Part shown: positions 26,101-38,126 of the stretch, one piece after another
Numbering within the stretch: the first letter of the stretch is position 1
How the letters are laid out: the number at the start of each line of letters is the position of its first letter
NCBI GenBank assembly: GCA_040954595.2
Contig: CM082597.2
Coordinates: forward strand, 3,867,924 to 3,931,923
Length of the DNA: 64,000 nt
Direction of reading: 5' to 3'
Source: Balanoglossus misakiensis
Lineage: Eukaryota; Animalia; Hemichordata
Notes under the pieces: generated by a model
What the model saw: only the letters and a program-made list of their open reading frames with translations
Told to the model about the DNA's origin: nothing
Database searches by the model: none
Translations under genes and position numbers: made by a program

Positions 26101-28699
26101 TGTGTTTAAGTAACTCAGTGGGTTATTCAACTTGAGTCGGGGTACATCCTCAAGAACTATAACGTGTCTCACAGTTGCCCGAGACATTTGCTAAATTTTG
26201 GTCCGCAACTTTTATATTTTTTTCGCTCATTTTTCTGATTGACACGCGGAACGTAAACATCGGCGGAGCTTAAGTTGTTTACTCGGCTTCAAAATCAAGA
26301 CTTGAACGTTGCCATGGTAATCCGAACAATAGAGGGGAATGTTTTGCCTAATCCGGCGATAATGCTGGTGATCACTATAAAGTGACGGAAGCAGACACAC
26401 TCATCTTGTCATTTGTCAACAACAGCAACAGTTGCTAGGTTACCCGCGCCATCAGGGCATTCAGACAACTTTGTTAGAATTTAATGAGAGCGTAAAATCA
26501 TTAGCAAGCCCAGTGGGCGCAACCATTGTCTGCATGCAAATTAGGTGTGTCCAATGTCACTTTGTTTCAGGGGAGTGATAATGTTAATTGGTAACCATTC
26601 TTGTGTATGACACTGAATTTTAAATAAATCGCATTATATAATTTGACCTGGGTTAATTTAAATGTCTTATTTATTTATTTATTTATTTTACTTTTTTTCA
26701 TTCTTTTATGATATTTACTATTGTATGTCTTGTTTTATATATTAATATATATGTTTTATTTATTTATTTTTTATATTCTTTTCTTTATTGATGGTATGTT
26801 TCTTCAAATTATTATTGTTTGTGAAGTTTTCAGTTTTGCTGCTTGGGTCGTGCGTACGAAGCAAGTACGTGCCTGTTTACAAGTAATGGTCAATTGAAAA
26901 CACATACACACAAAGCGTAGAAGTGAAAGCATTAATCTCGATACAATCTGGGGCTCGCTGCTGATTTATGCGTTCCTCGTTTTCTTCTTCAGTGCATTGA
27001 ATGGACGATATGGTAGTTTCATTGATTTTCCTACAAAACAGATTTGGCGACCTGGTTAGGCTTTCATCAGCCAGCCAATCGATCCCCGCGGTTGTTGAAG
27101 AAGCGATCCCGCGTTTGGCAGCTGTGTCCCCGATCAAGGTCGACATCACAAACGACCCGCGTCATCAACAACAATACAACACCCCCATGCCTTTATAACA
27201 TGTAAATTAACCCGGTATTAAAGGGACAAAGTCTCTCTCTCACTGCCATTATTCCATTAATTATGTTTGATACAAGACACCATAAATAACATTTACACTT
27301 TAAGGTAGAATGCACCTCGAAAATCAAAGTCTTAAACTTTTCTCTTCATATTTTGCTAAATGTAACTTTAGATTATCCCTCTGAAAAGTGATAATAAAAA
27401 TTGGGGGGTAACCTTTATGCACGGCGGAAAATTTTGAATGACCGAGAAAAATTGTGACAAATTCGAAATTCTAAATGGCCGCCAATTTCTGTGTTAGGTT
27501 TATGGAGAAAATTCTAAGGAGCGAATTTCATATGAAAACGGGACTCCCTTCATGCTTTAATACAGCAAAAAAAAATGAAAGGTTTGAAGGACCATCATTT
27601 TTCTGAAAATCTCTCCCCGAGGCAGATACTAATTCTATTTTCAACTGTTGACATTTAGTTTCATTCGTCAAAATTATCCCCGCCCGAGTCTAACGCATTT
27701 GCTAAAGGGCGCGAGATGGCATTAATTCACGACTAGCCGATTATAAGATACATACACGAATCGTTCCCCTTTGCGTCATCCTCGCTCTGTTTGCAAAAGC
27801 TCACAAATTCCTGCAGTGTTCGTTTACAAACATCTCGTTATAAATAATCGGGTTTTGAAAGAGGGTAAAATTTATTGACATACTATGAAATACGAGAAGT
27901 TTACGTGAAATCATTAAAAGTTTAAACTCATAAAGTATTACTTGATCTTAAAACCTGATTGCAAGCCACAATTATTATGATATCAATGTAGTCATGCTGG
28001 CTTTAACAGTGCACGCATCATATTTAAGAAACACTAAGTTCACCAAAACCTTTCACCTAGGCTTTCCTTCTGTTTAAAAAAAATATTTACTATGCCGCTG
28101 TTAATTTGCAGTTATATAATTTTAGCGAATGCCAACTTACTTCCGCGGGCAGAAACGCATTGTCGTGCATAATGCAGATCGCGAAGAAATCGTGATGGCA
28201 TTCCTGAAAACATTTGTGATTTTCCAAATTTAGAACCGCTCTTCTTTGCCGCAAAGAAAACTGTATCCATGGAAACAGAAATATCGTGGGAATTACCTAC
28301 TATGACGGCAAAAATGAGCTAGATGTTACAAGGATTTGGTTGACCGCGCATCCAGCATTGTACAGCACATCTTTCGAGATGGGCGACGATGGCGATCGAC
28401 AGCCGTGCGGGCGATCCACCGAATAGCTGCCGGGGACTAGCGCCGTGTCGCCAGCGACTAACATGGATGTTCGATTGAGTCCATCCATATGCGGTCACTA
28501 CGGAACGATTGGCCGTCTTTTGTACAGAAATTTTCCGACACGCCGCTGACATGATTTTTTGAACGCTCGAGAAAGTGACTACACTACACTACAGTCTGAC
28601 AGATAATTTGAGCGGGAAAAATACACCCACCTTCTGAAGCTTACCGCTCACGTCAAGGTGAATGGTCTTGGCTGTGTCGTACGATGCTCCATTTCCCAT
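4589..28699 (-). CDS. PDE9A: High-affinity cGMP-specific phosphodiesterase 9 (whole gene, about 18 coding exons, about 520 aa)
   Basis: Exons (-): 28631-28699, 18634-18704, 11932-12009, 11772-11815, 11467-11521, 11149-11219, 10667-10748, 9205-9228, 7909-7969, 7602-7676, 7302-7388, 6642-6829, 6285-6441, 6028-6144, 5750-5854, 5288-5416, 4904-5014, 4589-4627. All are GT-AG and phase-consistent (1563 nt). Motifs [51 protein letters not shown] and TAQIGFIKF are PDE9-diagnostic. Confidence 0.95.
4904..5014 (-). CDS. PDE9A: PDE9A exon
   Basis: [37 protein letters not shown]; AG/GT flanks. Confidence 0.9.
5288..5416 (-). CDS. PDE9A: PDE9A catalytic-domain exon
   Basis: [43 protein letters not shown], includes the invariant Gln. 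Confidence 0.95.
5750..5854 (-). CDS. PDE9A: PDE9A catalytic-domain exon
   Basis: [35 protein letters not shown]. Confidence 0.95.
6028..6144 (-). CDS. PDE9A: PDE9A catalytic-domain exon
   Basis: [39 protein letters not shown]. Confidence 0.95.
6285..6441 (-). CDS. PDE9A: PDE9A catalytic-domain exon
   Basis: [52 protein letters not shown]. Confidence 0.95.
6642..6829 (-). CDS. PDE9A: PDE9A catalytic-domain exon (metal-binding His/HD motifs)
   Basis: [26 protein letters not shown]...[14 protein letters not shown]. Confidence 0.95.
7302..7388 (-). CDS. PDE9A: PDE9A exon
   Basis: [29 protein letters not shown]. Confidence 0.93.
7602..7676 (-). CDS. PDE9A: PDE9A exon
   Basis: [25 protein letters not shown]. 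Confidence 0.93.
7750..7908. repeat. ~42-bp minisatellite (about 4 copies) in PDE9A intron
   Basis: Unit approx. ttttcacagtctgaccaatcagcattgttgtactaaccgc(c)a. Confidence 0.85.
7909..7969 (-). CDS. PDE9A: PDE9A exon
   Basis: [20 protein letters not shown] (vertebrate equivalent KKLTPRRDVPTYPK). An in-frame alternative acceptor lies 6 nt inside. Confidence 0.88.
8028..8076 (-). CDS. PDE9A: Candidate alternative PDE9A linker exon (phase 1 to 2)
   Basis: Strong acceptor cattcttttcaccactttcgtag and donor AG|GTAATA; reads [15 protein letters not shown] in frame with the 7969 exon. Confidence 0.45.
9205..9228 (-). CDS. PDE9A: Candidate 24-nt PDE9A microexon
   Basis: Acceptor gttgcccctgacag, donor GTAAGT, symmetric phase; reads TADPSSI. 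Confidence 0.6.
   Translation of the reverse strand, partial: HGRSIID
10667..10748 (-). CDS. PDE9A: PDE9A exon (coiled-coil)
   Basis: [26 protein letters not shown]. Confidence 0.92.
11035..11110. repeat. (ACAT)n(AGAC)n compound microsatellite
   Basis: Direct observation. Confidence 0.95.
11149..11219 (-). CDS. PDE9A: PDE9A exon
   Basis: [23 protein letters not shown]. Confidence 0.92.
11467..11521 (-). CDS. PDE9A: PDE9A exon
   Basis: [17 protein letters not shown]. Confidence 0.92.
11772..11815 (-). CDS. PDE9A: PDE9A exon
   Basis: [14 protein letters not shown]. Confidence 0.88.
11932..12009 (-). CDS. PDE9A: PDE9A exon 3
   Basis: [25 protein letters not shown]. Confidence 0.9.
12107..12156. 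repeat. (TATC)n microsatellite
   Basis: Direct observation. Confidence 0.9.
18634..18704 (-). CDS. PDE9A: PDE9A exon 2
   Basis: [23 protein letters not shown] (vertebrate [21 protein letters not shown]); cag/GTAAGC flanks. Confidence 0.92.
27300..27635. mobile_element. Degenerate MITE-like non-autonomous DNA element
   Basis: Imperfect terminal inverted repeats (taaggtagaatgcacctcg ... cgaggcagatact). Internal segment 27460-27512 recurs inverted at about 37525-37577. Confidence 0.4.
28631..28699 (-). CDS. PDE9A: PDE9A coding exon 1
   Basis: ccgccaaacATG; [23 protein letters not shown] (vertebrate [23 protein letters not shown]); MGxxxS myristoylation motif; donor AG|GTGGGT. Confidence 0.92.
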
Positions 28700-29068
28700 G
28701 TTTGGCGGCGACGTCTAACACTCACACCGCCGTGGTCGCCCTGGATTCTCCGCCTCCTCCGTCTCGCGAGGATTTCTCCCTCTCTCTCCTTCTCGGCGAT
28801 ACGGCTAGTTATACGAATCCCAGTCTATAAAATACCCTTCTGCTGTGACTTGTAGTGAGTGGAGAGCGCGAAACGACTACTCAACCGTTAGCATATACGC
28901 AGTCCCAGATTCAACTTCGACACGTCTTCGTATCCCTTCACAAGAGAAACAAACTCCAACAGGACTATCGGCACCGCGAATCTAAGATGAGAAAAATATC
29001 CATGGAAACGAGAGTTAGTGTGATGAAGAGAGCGCCGATCCGAACTGCCAGATTTCATGCAAACACAC

Positions 29069-29122
29069 TGACGTCACCACCGCTTCCCCGCAGCGACCTA
29101 CCGCAACACTAACGAAGCCAAT
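29069..29122 (-). promoter_or_regulatory. Candidate PDE9A proximal promoter elements (CRE and CCAAT)
   Basis: TGACGTCA at 29069-29076 and CCAAT at 29118-29122, about 400 bp upstream of the ATG in a CpG-rich stretch. Confidence 0.4.
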
Positions 29123-29714
29123 CAGGGACCAGGATGTTAATAAGGTCGCACGTTGCCAGGCAACAAAATGAGTTACTGTGCTCCGTTCGCGACGGAGACA
29201 AAGAATTCTCCTCTTTCGCTAGGACAGTTGTTAAAACAAACATAACGAAGCGGGCGACACCCGTCGGGATAGGGGTGGGCGCAATGAATGCAGGGGTGAG
29301 AAGAACGCGCGGTTACATTCGAGTAAAACAATACCGTTCAAACAAACGTCACAAATCTGTAACACTATGAGTATGAAGATATCACTAGGTGCAGAATATG
29401 GGGGAAGGACAAAACAAACAGTAACCATGGCAGCGCCATGAAGTGATGAGCAATGGAGGCAGTGGTATCGGGGGGCAACTTATCGAGTTAAACCGACACT
29501 GTCGGTTATGACTTTTGAGAAGAAAACAATGGTATAATTAAGTGGCGGGATATTCGCACGCGGTTCATTTCTACATGCAGAGCAACGTCAATTATTGAAA
29601 TTTGTGGTGGTGCTGGCGTCGAAAAGAAATTTTGCCCCCAAATCAGGCCATGCCTTGAAGCACGGCTGTTATTATACATGTGTGGAACGTGATGAATGGT
29701 ATATTCAATTTTTG

Positions 29715-29942
29715 TTAACCCTTTGAACGATACATTTTCTTTGTCAAAATGTGGTGAAACATTATAAGATTTTTACCCATTTTTCTTTATTTTTTCCCTT
29801 TGATTTTAGACAAAGTGGACATAATTTTCCATTGACTTTAGGTCTTAATCAAAATTCAAGAAAAAATGTGGAAAAAGTCATGATAGTTTAATTTTTGAAC
29901 GATGACGACAAGCTGATTATGATGGCGTTGAAAAAGGGTTAA
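29715..29942. mobile_element. piggyBac-type MITE (220 bp) with TTAA target duplication
   Basis: TTAA|CCCTTTGAACG ... CGTTGAAAAAGGG|TTAA; CCC...GGG ends and a TTAA TSD are piggyBac hallmarks; no ORF. Confidence 0.65.
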
Positions 29943-32900
29943 TCTCTGTAACATCTATAGAACCTTTTGAGAACAACATCTGTGTGTGGTGTTATCGTTC
30001 CGTGGTGTTCAAAAAGCTTTTCCGCCTGACATATGCCCTTTATTTTCACGATTTATGTCAGATCGCTTATCTTGATCTCGCACTGGCAAGCAGATAAACG
30101 ATCTCGCAAAGTTTAGCCATCGTCTGTGAATCATCTATCATCGACCAGTGTCAATAAATGTAATTAAATTTTATACGAATTCGTCGCCAAATTCTTTACG
30201 TGTTTTGAACTAGCCATGATAAATTATTATAAGCTGGCATAATTTGATTCAGCGAGGATTGTGATTTGATTTATATTGACAAATCACATTAAGTGATGTC
30301 AATAACAAAAAGATAACCAACTTAATTAAAACATAAATCTTCAAATATTACATGTATCATTCCGTTCGTATTACTTAGATAATCTTTGAACGTACATTAT
30401 TATGACATTAAAATGTAGAATGAAAATAACTACTCACTGTTCACGGATTTGAACTTGAAACTCAACAAAGCTTAGTATACAGGTTGTACGGGACTGGCGG
30501 TGTGACGTGGTCGGCAGGCAAGCTATGACCTATACACGTGGCCCGCTTTTACAGAATGATAGATCGGTATATTTACGCGCTGTCGACTTTGATCAGTACA
30601 GGCAACTTCCCCGCTGAAAATGGTTAACATGTACGAGAATATAGCGTCGAGTGACGTAAAGGTTCGTCCGAATTCTGCAACTGTTGGCCTTCTTGCAAGC
30701 AACAACTGAGGCTATCCGATAACACCGCGAACGTGGCTCTGCCAATGCGGGTAATTCAACTGTGCGCGCAATTCATTAACGCCACCGTGGTGTAAACTAA
30801 TGAATGGTACTGTTGGCGCTTGATTGGTTTGCTGGAGACGAACCCGCATGTTGCAAAACAATTGCTTTGTGTATTTAATTACCGTTCGGCTCGTGGAAAG
30901 CGCCCTCTCGTGGAAGGCGTAGCATTATGTGATTTTTTGTAATATGGCGTCCCTGCGGTAACTGTTAGATACCGTTGTCAAAGAAACACATTTCCGGCGG
31001 TCTGCCTGCATGTCTGCTGTCTCCCGCGGGATGTCTCTCTCCCCCTCTCTGTCTGTCCCTCCTCTCTCTCCCCTCCACCCCTCTCCCCATTCTGTCTCTC
31101 TCCCACTCTCCCTATCTCCCCTCTCTCTTCTCTGTCTCTCGCTCTCTCTCGTTCTCCGTGTTATGCTGTACTTTGACTTATTGCAACTGAAGACCTCAAG
31201 AATAGACTTATAGACTTCAGGGCGACAGTGGCCGGTTATATTAAAATCATAAACAATCTAGACACTGGCGGTATGTGCAAAACAACATGTCGTGAGCCGC
31301 GTGTGTATTTTCGATCGTTCAAGTATTGCTACGAGCGAATTTCTTTTGCGAATTTGATCCGAAGACGTAACGCACACACGATGTCAGGCAATTAATTTTA
31401 ACAGTTCATCTAATACACAGTGTTTACCCAAGGGTCCTTAAATACCTCAAGTCTCTCGTACGACTGAGATTTTTCATAAACATTGCTACAATATTGGAAT
31501 AAAAGTTTTCATGTGTACTCTAAGGCAATAAAACGTGAGCTGCGCAGAATCTCCGAGCTCGATAGCGGCTGCTAGGATATACACAACGCGTCGATAATTA
31601 GTGGTAACACGATTCAACGCCCGACCGAATAAGCACAATCTGGCCTAATAACACGTTCTCAGCCCCAGTCACCAAAAGAAGATGAAATTTCGCAACAAAA
31701 ATGGGAAAAAAATCGCACTTTGGACAGAATACTCTCCAGAATGTACGCGTGCACAGTTGCATGTCCAGAGCACGCAACAACAGAGCAATTGCCTGTTCAA
31801 TACGATTGCTGCCTTGGGAATCATTCTGCCGTGGATGCAAATCAAATGTCAAGGAGTTCGCATCCCATTTGTCCGCCACAAGACTAAATTCAACGTGAAA
31901 CCGGTTATTCAGTCTCCGGGGGTAAAACAATCACTTAAAATACTAACTGTGGTGTACATTCTTACCTGAAGAAATAATAGTTAAATTTCCGGACCCGAAG
32001 AGATATTCTTTGACGCTGTCGAGGGTTGACCGACGTGCCTGCATTCGAGTTCCGCTCTCTATTGTACGAATTCCAAGCTTCCGAGTCGGTTTTGGACGAG
32101 ACTGTTGGAGTCCCGTGAAGTATGTGTGGTTCTCGTGGTTACCCACGTGAGCGACGTGTCACAATTGATAACGATTTTTTATTCACTGCGCAACGCGCAT
32201 TAATAAGTCGTTATCAAACGACTATAACTGCGTTATCAGGGGGATGTGACGTCATAATGATTTTTATTGCAATTTAAGAGCTTTTTAGCTAACCTTGCGG
32301 CTTGGACTGTGATGCAATCGATTAGGTCATCTGACCTATAGCCGCATACTTGACGTTCCAGCCGAAAACAAAATGAATTCTATTGAATGCATTCATAAAG
32401 TCATGCATCTATGTCGAGAGCTCATGGCTCCACAGGTATTTAGTTATTTCATAATTGTTACTATGGTAACAGCTACATTGACTTTTCCATGTCAGTGGGA
32501 ACCAACATACCCTCAAGGGATTTTGGTTTGCACTACAGAAAATGTCGTTTTCGACGAATATATTAGAGCATTGCTGATCTTATTGTAACTGATATCTTAG
32601 TTCTGACATTTTATGTAGTTTCCTTTCACATGGTATCAATCTTTTCTACTCTCACTGCCACAAAATGACATAATTGCCGCATAATCACATTATCTTTTAG
32701 CAAAATAACCTGTGTAGGCATTTTCATTCTGATTCTGAGATTTCAATACTGGTCGGTTTAGAAGTGTTTTTGATCTAGGGTCATTGATCTCACTTAACCG
32801 CGTTTGTTTATATGGCATCCACTTGTAAAATTTATAGTTTTGTTTAAACTGTTACAGAGAAATTTACTTGTTGTCGTTGACGTCAAATGTTATTAAACCA

Positions 32901-33273
32901 CTGCAGTCATCGGAGGTATTGTCATTTTAAAAGAATGCAAATCAATGCTGTTATGACCGAGTGGGAAGTCATAACTGAAGCATAACTGTCTGAGTTGGTT
33001 TAAGAACATATCATATTCCAACATTTTCCGTTTCAAGAGAATACGGTCCAAATATAACACATATAAGACAATCAATACAGAAAGGGTCCTACGTAAAAGA
33101 TGTACGGTGCATTAATATCATTGCATGATAAACCCAATGCAGGTACGAAAACATATCAGCTGCTCATTCTTTTTAAAAATTAAAATTTGAATAATTTAAT
33201 ACGTATTTTGTAAGACAAAATTGCATTCTCTTGATTTATGTACTTTCCATTGTTCATACGGTGCAATGTATCG

Positions 33274-33530
33274 ATAAATCACTTAAGCTGCCTTGAAGTG
33301 ATGACATTTCATCATGCTTACGTCTCTTTGTCTTGTGTGCTTTATTAAATGTTGAATAATTTAGTATGCATTGTAACTACTTTGTTTACTTCATGAGAAT
33401 TGGTGCTTTCAAGGTATTTGGACGGAATGAACAGCTAGGAAAGATGGTTTCACGTTTGTAAGCTTACGTGATTGATAAATACTCTGACCATCTTTCATTC
33501 ATTCTGTCTGACTGTCTGCCTGCAGTCTGT
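33274..33530 (+). repeat. Diverged direct repeat, copy 1 (partner 34647-34890)
   Basis: Shared blocks ataaatcac..aagctgcctt, tttattaaatgttgaataatttagta, attgtaactactttgt.tacttcatgagaa and cacgtttg.aagcttacg. Confidence 0.8.
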
Positions 33531-33778
33531 CTGTATGTATGTATGTATGTATGTATGTATGTATGTATGTATGTATGTATGTATGTATGTATGTATGTAT
33601 GTATGTATGTATGTATGTATGTGTGTATGTATGTATGTATGTATGTATGTATGTATGTATGTATGTATGTATGTATGTATGTATGTATGTATGTATGTAT
33701 GTATGTATGTATGTATGTATGTATGTATGTATGTATGTATGTATGCATGCCTGCCTGCCTGCCTGCCTGCCTGCCTGC
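33531..33778. repeat. (TGTA)n microsatellite followed by (GCCT)n
   Basis: Direct observation; explains the MYVC/HTYI ORFs. Confidence 0.95.
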
Positions 33779-34646
33779 TTTCTTGCCTGCTAGCCCGTAT
33801 TACTGTCTCTCTCTATCTCTTCCCACCCCTCTCTCTCGCTCGCTCTGCTCATACGGCTACCCTTACATTTTTCCATTTATTGAACGTATGCATTCCCATG
33901 TCAATATTAAATGTTATTAAATTGATTTCAAAATATGTGAAGAAGCGGTTATACACACATCCGGACGGTGTTCTTTGCTGCCATGGAAACCCGAGTCTGC
34001 ATATAAATGTCAATGAATATTTGCGGCCAACTGCCTGAAGGTAAAGAGAACAGTTCTGTGAAGAGAGAGTACCATTAAGATTCGCCATGGCGGCCTGCCT
34101 TTGTCGGAATGGATTAGAAACTGCCAGATAATTGATTTCAGGCTGTGCTTCCCGTTTGAAAATGGATCCGAACAGCAACACCACGATTATTTTTTTCCAT
34201 TATCTTGGGTACACACACTCTTTTGCAGTTTTAGCACCACTATGACAATTCGCGATAAAACCAACTCTGTATTATGTAGTGGGCTGTGTCTACCACTCTT
34301 GTTCTATTTCGCCACGATCCATTAGAACTTGTTATACTGGGCTAATTGCATGTTTTCAAGATAGTCATCTTTTGGATATGTTGCGATGGCTACACGCTAG
34401 GCCCTATTCGGAGCAAACGTGATATTTGCTTGCATCGACGGGATTCTTATTCCGGTGAGTATGACAGAATAACTATTAATAGAAAGTGGGGGAAAACAAT
34501 ATTACTTTTTGGTTTCTGTCAGCATTTTCTTGCTGTGCGCGTGTCCCTGTTTGTAAGTTGTGCCCCTCCATGCATTTATCACCCCTTCATATCAAATATC
34601 AAATTAAGACATCCTCTTTACGATTCTGGGAGAGATGAATATACCA

Positions 34647-34890
34647 ATAAATCACCAAAGCTGCCTTAAATGATGAATTTTCACCAAGCTTACGTATCTT
34701 TGTCGTGACTGTTTTATTAAATGTTGAATAATTTAGTACGCGTTTTGGTCCATTAAAATTGTAACTACTTTGTGTACTTCATGAGAAAAGGTACTTTCAC
34801 GGCGTTTACACGGTAAGAACAGCAAAGGAAGATGGCTCCACGTTTGCAAGCTTACGAGATTGTTTAATTTTCTTTCTGTCTGTCTGTCTG
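34647..34890 (+). repeat. Diverged direct repeat, copy 2
   Basis: See copy 1 at 33274-33530. Confidence 0.8.
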
Positions 34891-37800
34891 TCGTGCTGTC
34901 AGAAATCACACAACTTAAATAATCTTTCTTACTGCTGCTCCCTCTCTACGGTGGTCACGGCAAAAGAAAAGAAAATAGACTCATGTGAGCCTTCAACTAT
35001 GAGATTAATGTCCGCAGGAAACATGTCAGGTACGCGCCGTTCCCTAGGTTACAACTCTAGTTACCGTTTAAACAGGAAAAATCGAACTGCAATGGTTTCT
35101 GCTGACTGAAAGCATGTATTGAAACTTGGAGTTTTAATTCTGAAGATTCCAGTCAAGTATTTGAATGAATGCGTGTCAGGGGGTCTCTAGTACTATTAAA
35201 AGAGATCAGTTTTATTTTAACATTGTAACGTGTGAAGAAATTATCACACAAGGACGCTCTAATAACCTCTTTTTATTTCGACGTGAGGCAGAGATAATGA
35301 ACTGGTGAAGAGATACAACTTTGCCTAATCAAGGCCAAAAATTGTGACCTTCACTTAATTGTAATCACAGTTTACCGACATTTCTCTGTCCTGTGCCGGT
35401 CGTTGCCTTAAAGGGACGCCGTCTGAATATTCGGTCACTCATTTTTACGGTTTGACAATAACCCATGCATTTCATAGCAAAGGAAGTTTTTGGAAAATAC
35501 CTGCTACTTCAACAAGAATGCAGATTTCCCCCAACACTTATATGATACATAGATTAACCCTTCAGATATATATTATGGGTTCTATAAACGGATTGACGGC
35601 CACATTGCGAGTTTATGTCGCAAAAAGATATTGTTTGTCATCAAACAAAGGAAAAAGATGAAAAGGACGTCAAAGGGTTTCAGCGCTCTCAGAGGCGGAC
35701 CCTGGGGACCAGGTGGGCGTCGGTACCATGCGAACACTGCAACGCTGACGGCAACAAGTATTCATGGGCGCCCCGTCTGTTCATGCCATCACGGTGCCTA
35801 GACTCTTAACAACAGCAAGAAAATCAACAACTGTCACGTCACAGTAGTTTTCGCACGTTTCAGTTTTTGTTTTCAAATAGCGCCAGCGGAGGGGTTGCCT
35901 CTACTTTAAGCACTGCGCGGTTCTCATCAAAAGTTTGCAATACTACGTCGCTTCACAAAGCCTCAGATTTTCGATGATTGCCAATCTTGCCATCATAGAG
36001 AATTGGCTGTAGCCGTCATGCGTTATCGACTCGGAGGCTTGTGCAAGAGTTCGGACGATCTCAGCCCGGGGAAGCCATTTTGGGTTGTCTACGCATGCGT
36101 GGGGATTAGGAAAATCCTCCGCGAATGAAAAAGGGCACATGCGCCGTCAAGAAATCTGGTCGCTGAGAGTGCTACGGCGTCCCTGTCGTCAGCGGATGGC
36201 GCGGGTGAAGGTGTAACATTTGAAGCGCAGCGGTGAACATTTTAATAAGGTCGCCATCGTAGGGGTCACCGGCGAAGAAAATGTCAACAGTCTGTTTTGA
36301 AGATTGTGGATAACACGGAACTGTTGCCACGGAGACGTTTGTGCTCATAACATATCAATGCTCGTACCCAGGCATAATGTAAGATTGAGGAGTTCATATA
36401 AGTTAGGATCTCGCGCGAATTCCTCTGTTTGCAGTGAACATTATGCATTGATACAGGAAACACAACGCATGAATTTTGTAGGTTCATGGATGTTCCGCGA
36501 GAGAATTAATGCTTCCTTATATTCTGATGCCTGCAGTCAGAGTAAACAAACATACAAAAAAAGAAGTTCCTCTTTTCCGGGCATGGGGATTAAAGTAGTC
36601 CCAGCAACATGTATGTTCCCCAAAAATCATATCTTATTGGTTACTGGACTCGTGCCTCTAAAGTAAAGAATTAAAAAGAATCTACGCAAAGAAAACGAAT
36701 GTGACATCTGAGGCTTTAGGCTTCTATTTTTGTAAATTGGATCACTGTTTGTGCGTTCTTTGTGACGCGTCACCAGGCAACCAGTTTGAGTAGGTGTTTA
36801 CCAACAATGCTTTCACCGCGGGAGGACTCGAGCGGTGACAGTCGCCATGGTGATATTGGTGGGATGTTTATCATGGATAAGCCAGGTTGTTTGAAGAAGA
36901 TACTTTTTATAAGCTTAAAGCTTTCTCTGTTTGTTCCTTTAATCTTATATCTCAGTCGTTTCATGATAGTCATCATTCTTAGAACTGTATTTCATTTCCT
37001 TCTCTCTGCACAATACCTGAAGACCGAGAAACTGGTCCACACGTAGTCTTAATTCTAAAATTGTGCAATAGGAGGTGTTATCAGCAAGGGGACTTTCTCT
37101 ATGTTGAATTGGTTTGGTTAAGGGGTAAAGCATGCACAAAATGAATAAAAGCCAAACCTGAAAAGCTTTCTGCAGTCATGCCAACATCATTTCGGCATCG
37201 CTTTCAGGCACGAGGCATATTCAAAGGCATTTGAAGGAATTTCTCATAGCGCACAATAGGGTGAATCCACGATGACATTTACAATCGACTCAAGAAAGTA
37301 GTCAGGATAGAATCGGATGTCCTTTCAATATTTAAGAGAGATCCTGCCTCCGTATAAGGGACCATCTATAATCGAAACACGTTTGTTAAGATATTATGTG
37401 CCTTTTCAGAATTATGACACTTCTCCAAACCTTTTGCTATATTCAAATGTGTGAGGAGTCTATCTGAAAACAAAGAGTACAACATGTTCCTTGGCTTGTT
37501 TTCATAATAAACTGCTTCTTTTATTTTTCTCCATAGACTTAACGAAGAGTATGGTGGCTATTTTGAATTTCAAATTTGAGAAAAATTTGCTTGAGGAGTG
37601 AATTAATGAATTTTGCCTTATAAAATATTAACTCAATCCACACTCCATCTATACAGCATAATAATGTGATTTGACTTCCTAGCATCAAGTAAAAAAGGAG
37701 AAGTATCTACGGTCCCTGATAAAGAGAAGAAAGACGAGATCCCTGCTAGGTTAAAATGTATGTGTATGTATTGCCGCTAAAGCGTAAGCTGATATACTTA

Positions 37801-38021
37801 GTATTTCCCCAAATCCCACAGATCATAATTGTGTGCCGAACAAAAGCAGCTTTCATCCCAATGCACACGAAACGACAACGTAATGTCAAAATTCACACAA
37901 ATATAACGTTTCAATAGAAAGCCGCTGAGAGGGAAGGCTGTATGACATTAACGTAATATGTTTTCCAGAAATAATTCTGAATACTTTTATAGAAAATGGA
38001 TGATATAGTATATAGATGCAG

Positions 38022-38095
38022 AGTATGTATGTATGTATGTATGTATGTATGTATGTATGTATGTATGTATGTATGTATGTATGTATGTATGTATG

Positions 38096-38123
<28 letters not shown>
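38022..38123. repeat. (GTAT)n microsatellite
   Basis: Direct observation. Confidence 0.95.

Positions 38124-38126
<3 letters not shown>

Noticed and set aside
26877-28552. Short minus ORFs in PDE9A intron 1 as alternative coding exons
   Set aside because: Stops occur before any usable in-frame donor; no homology recognised
33464-34038. MYVC/HTYI repeat ORFs (also at 37911 and 59473)
   Set aside because: Translations of (TGTA)n microsatellites
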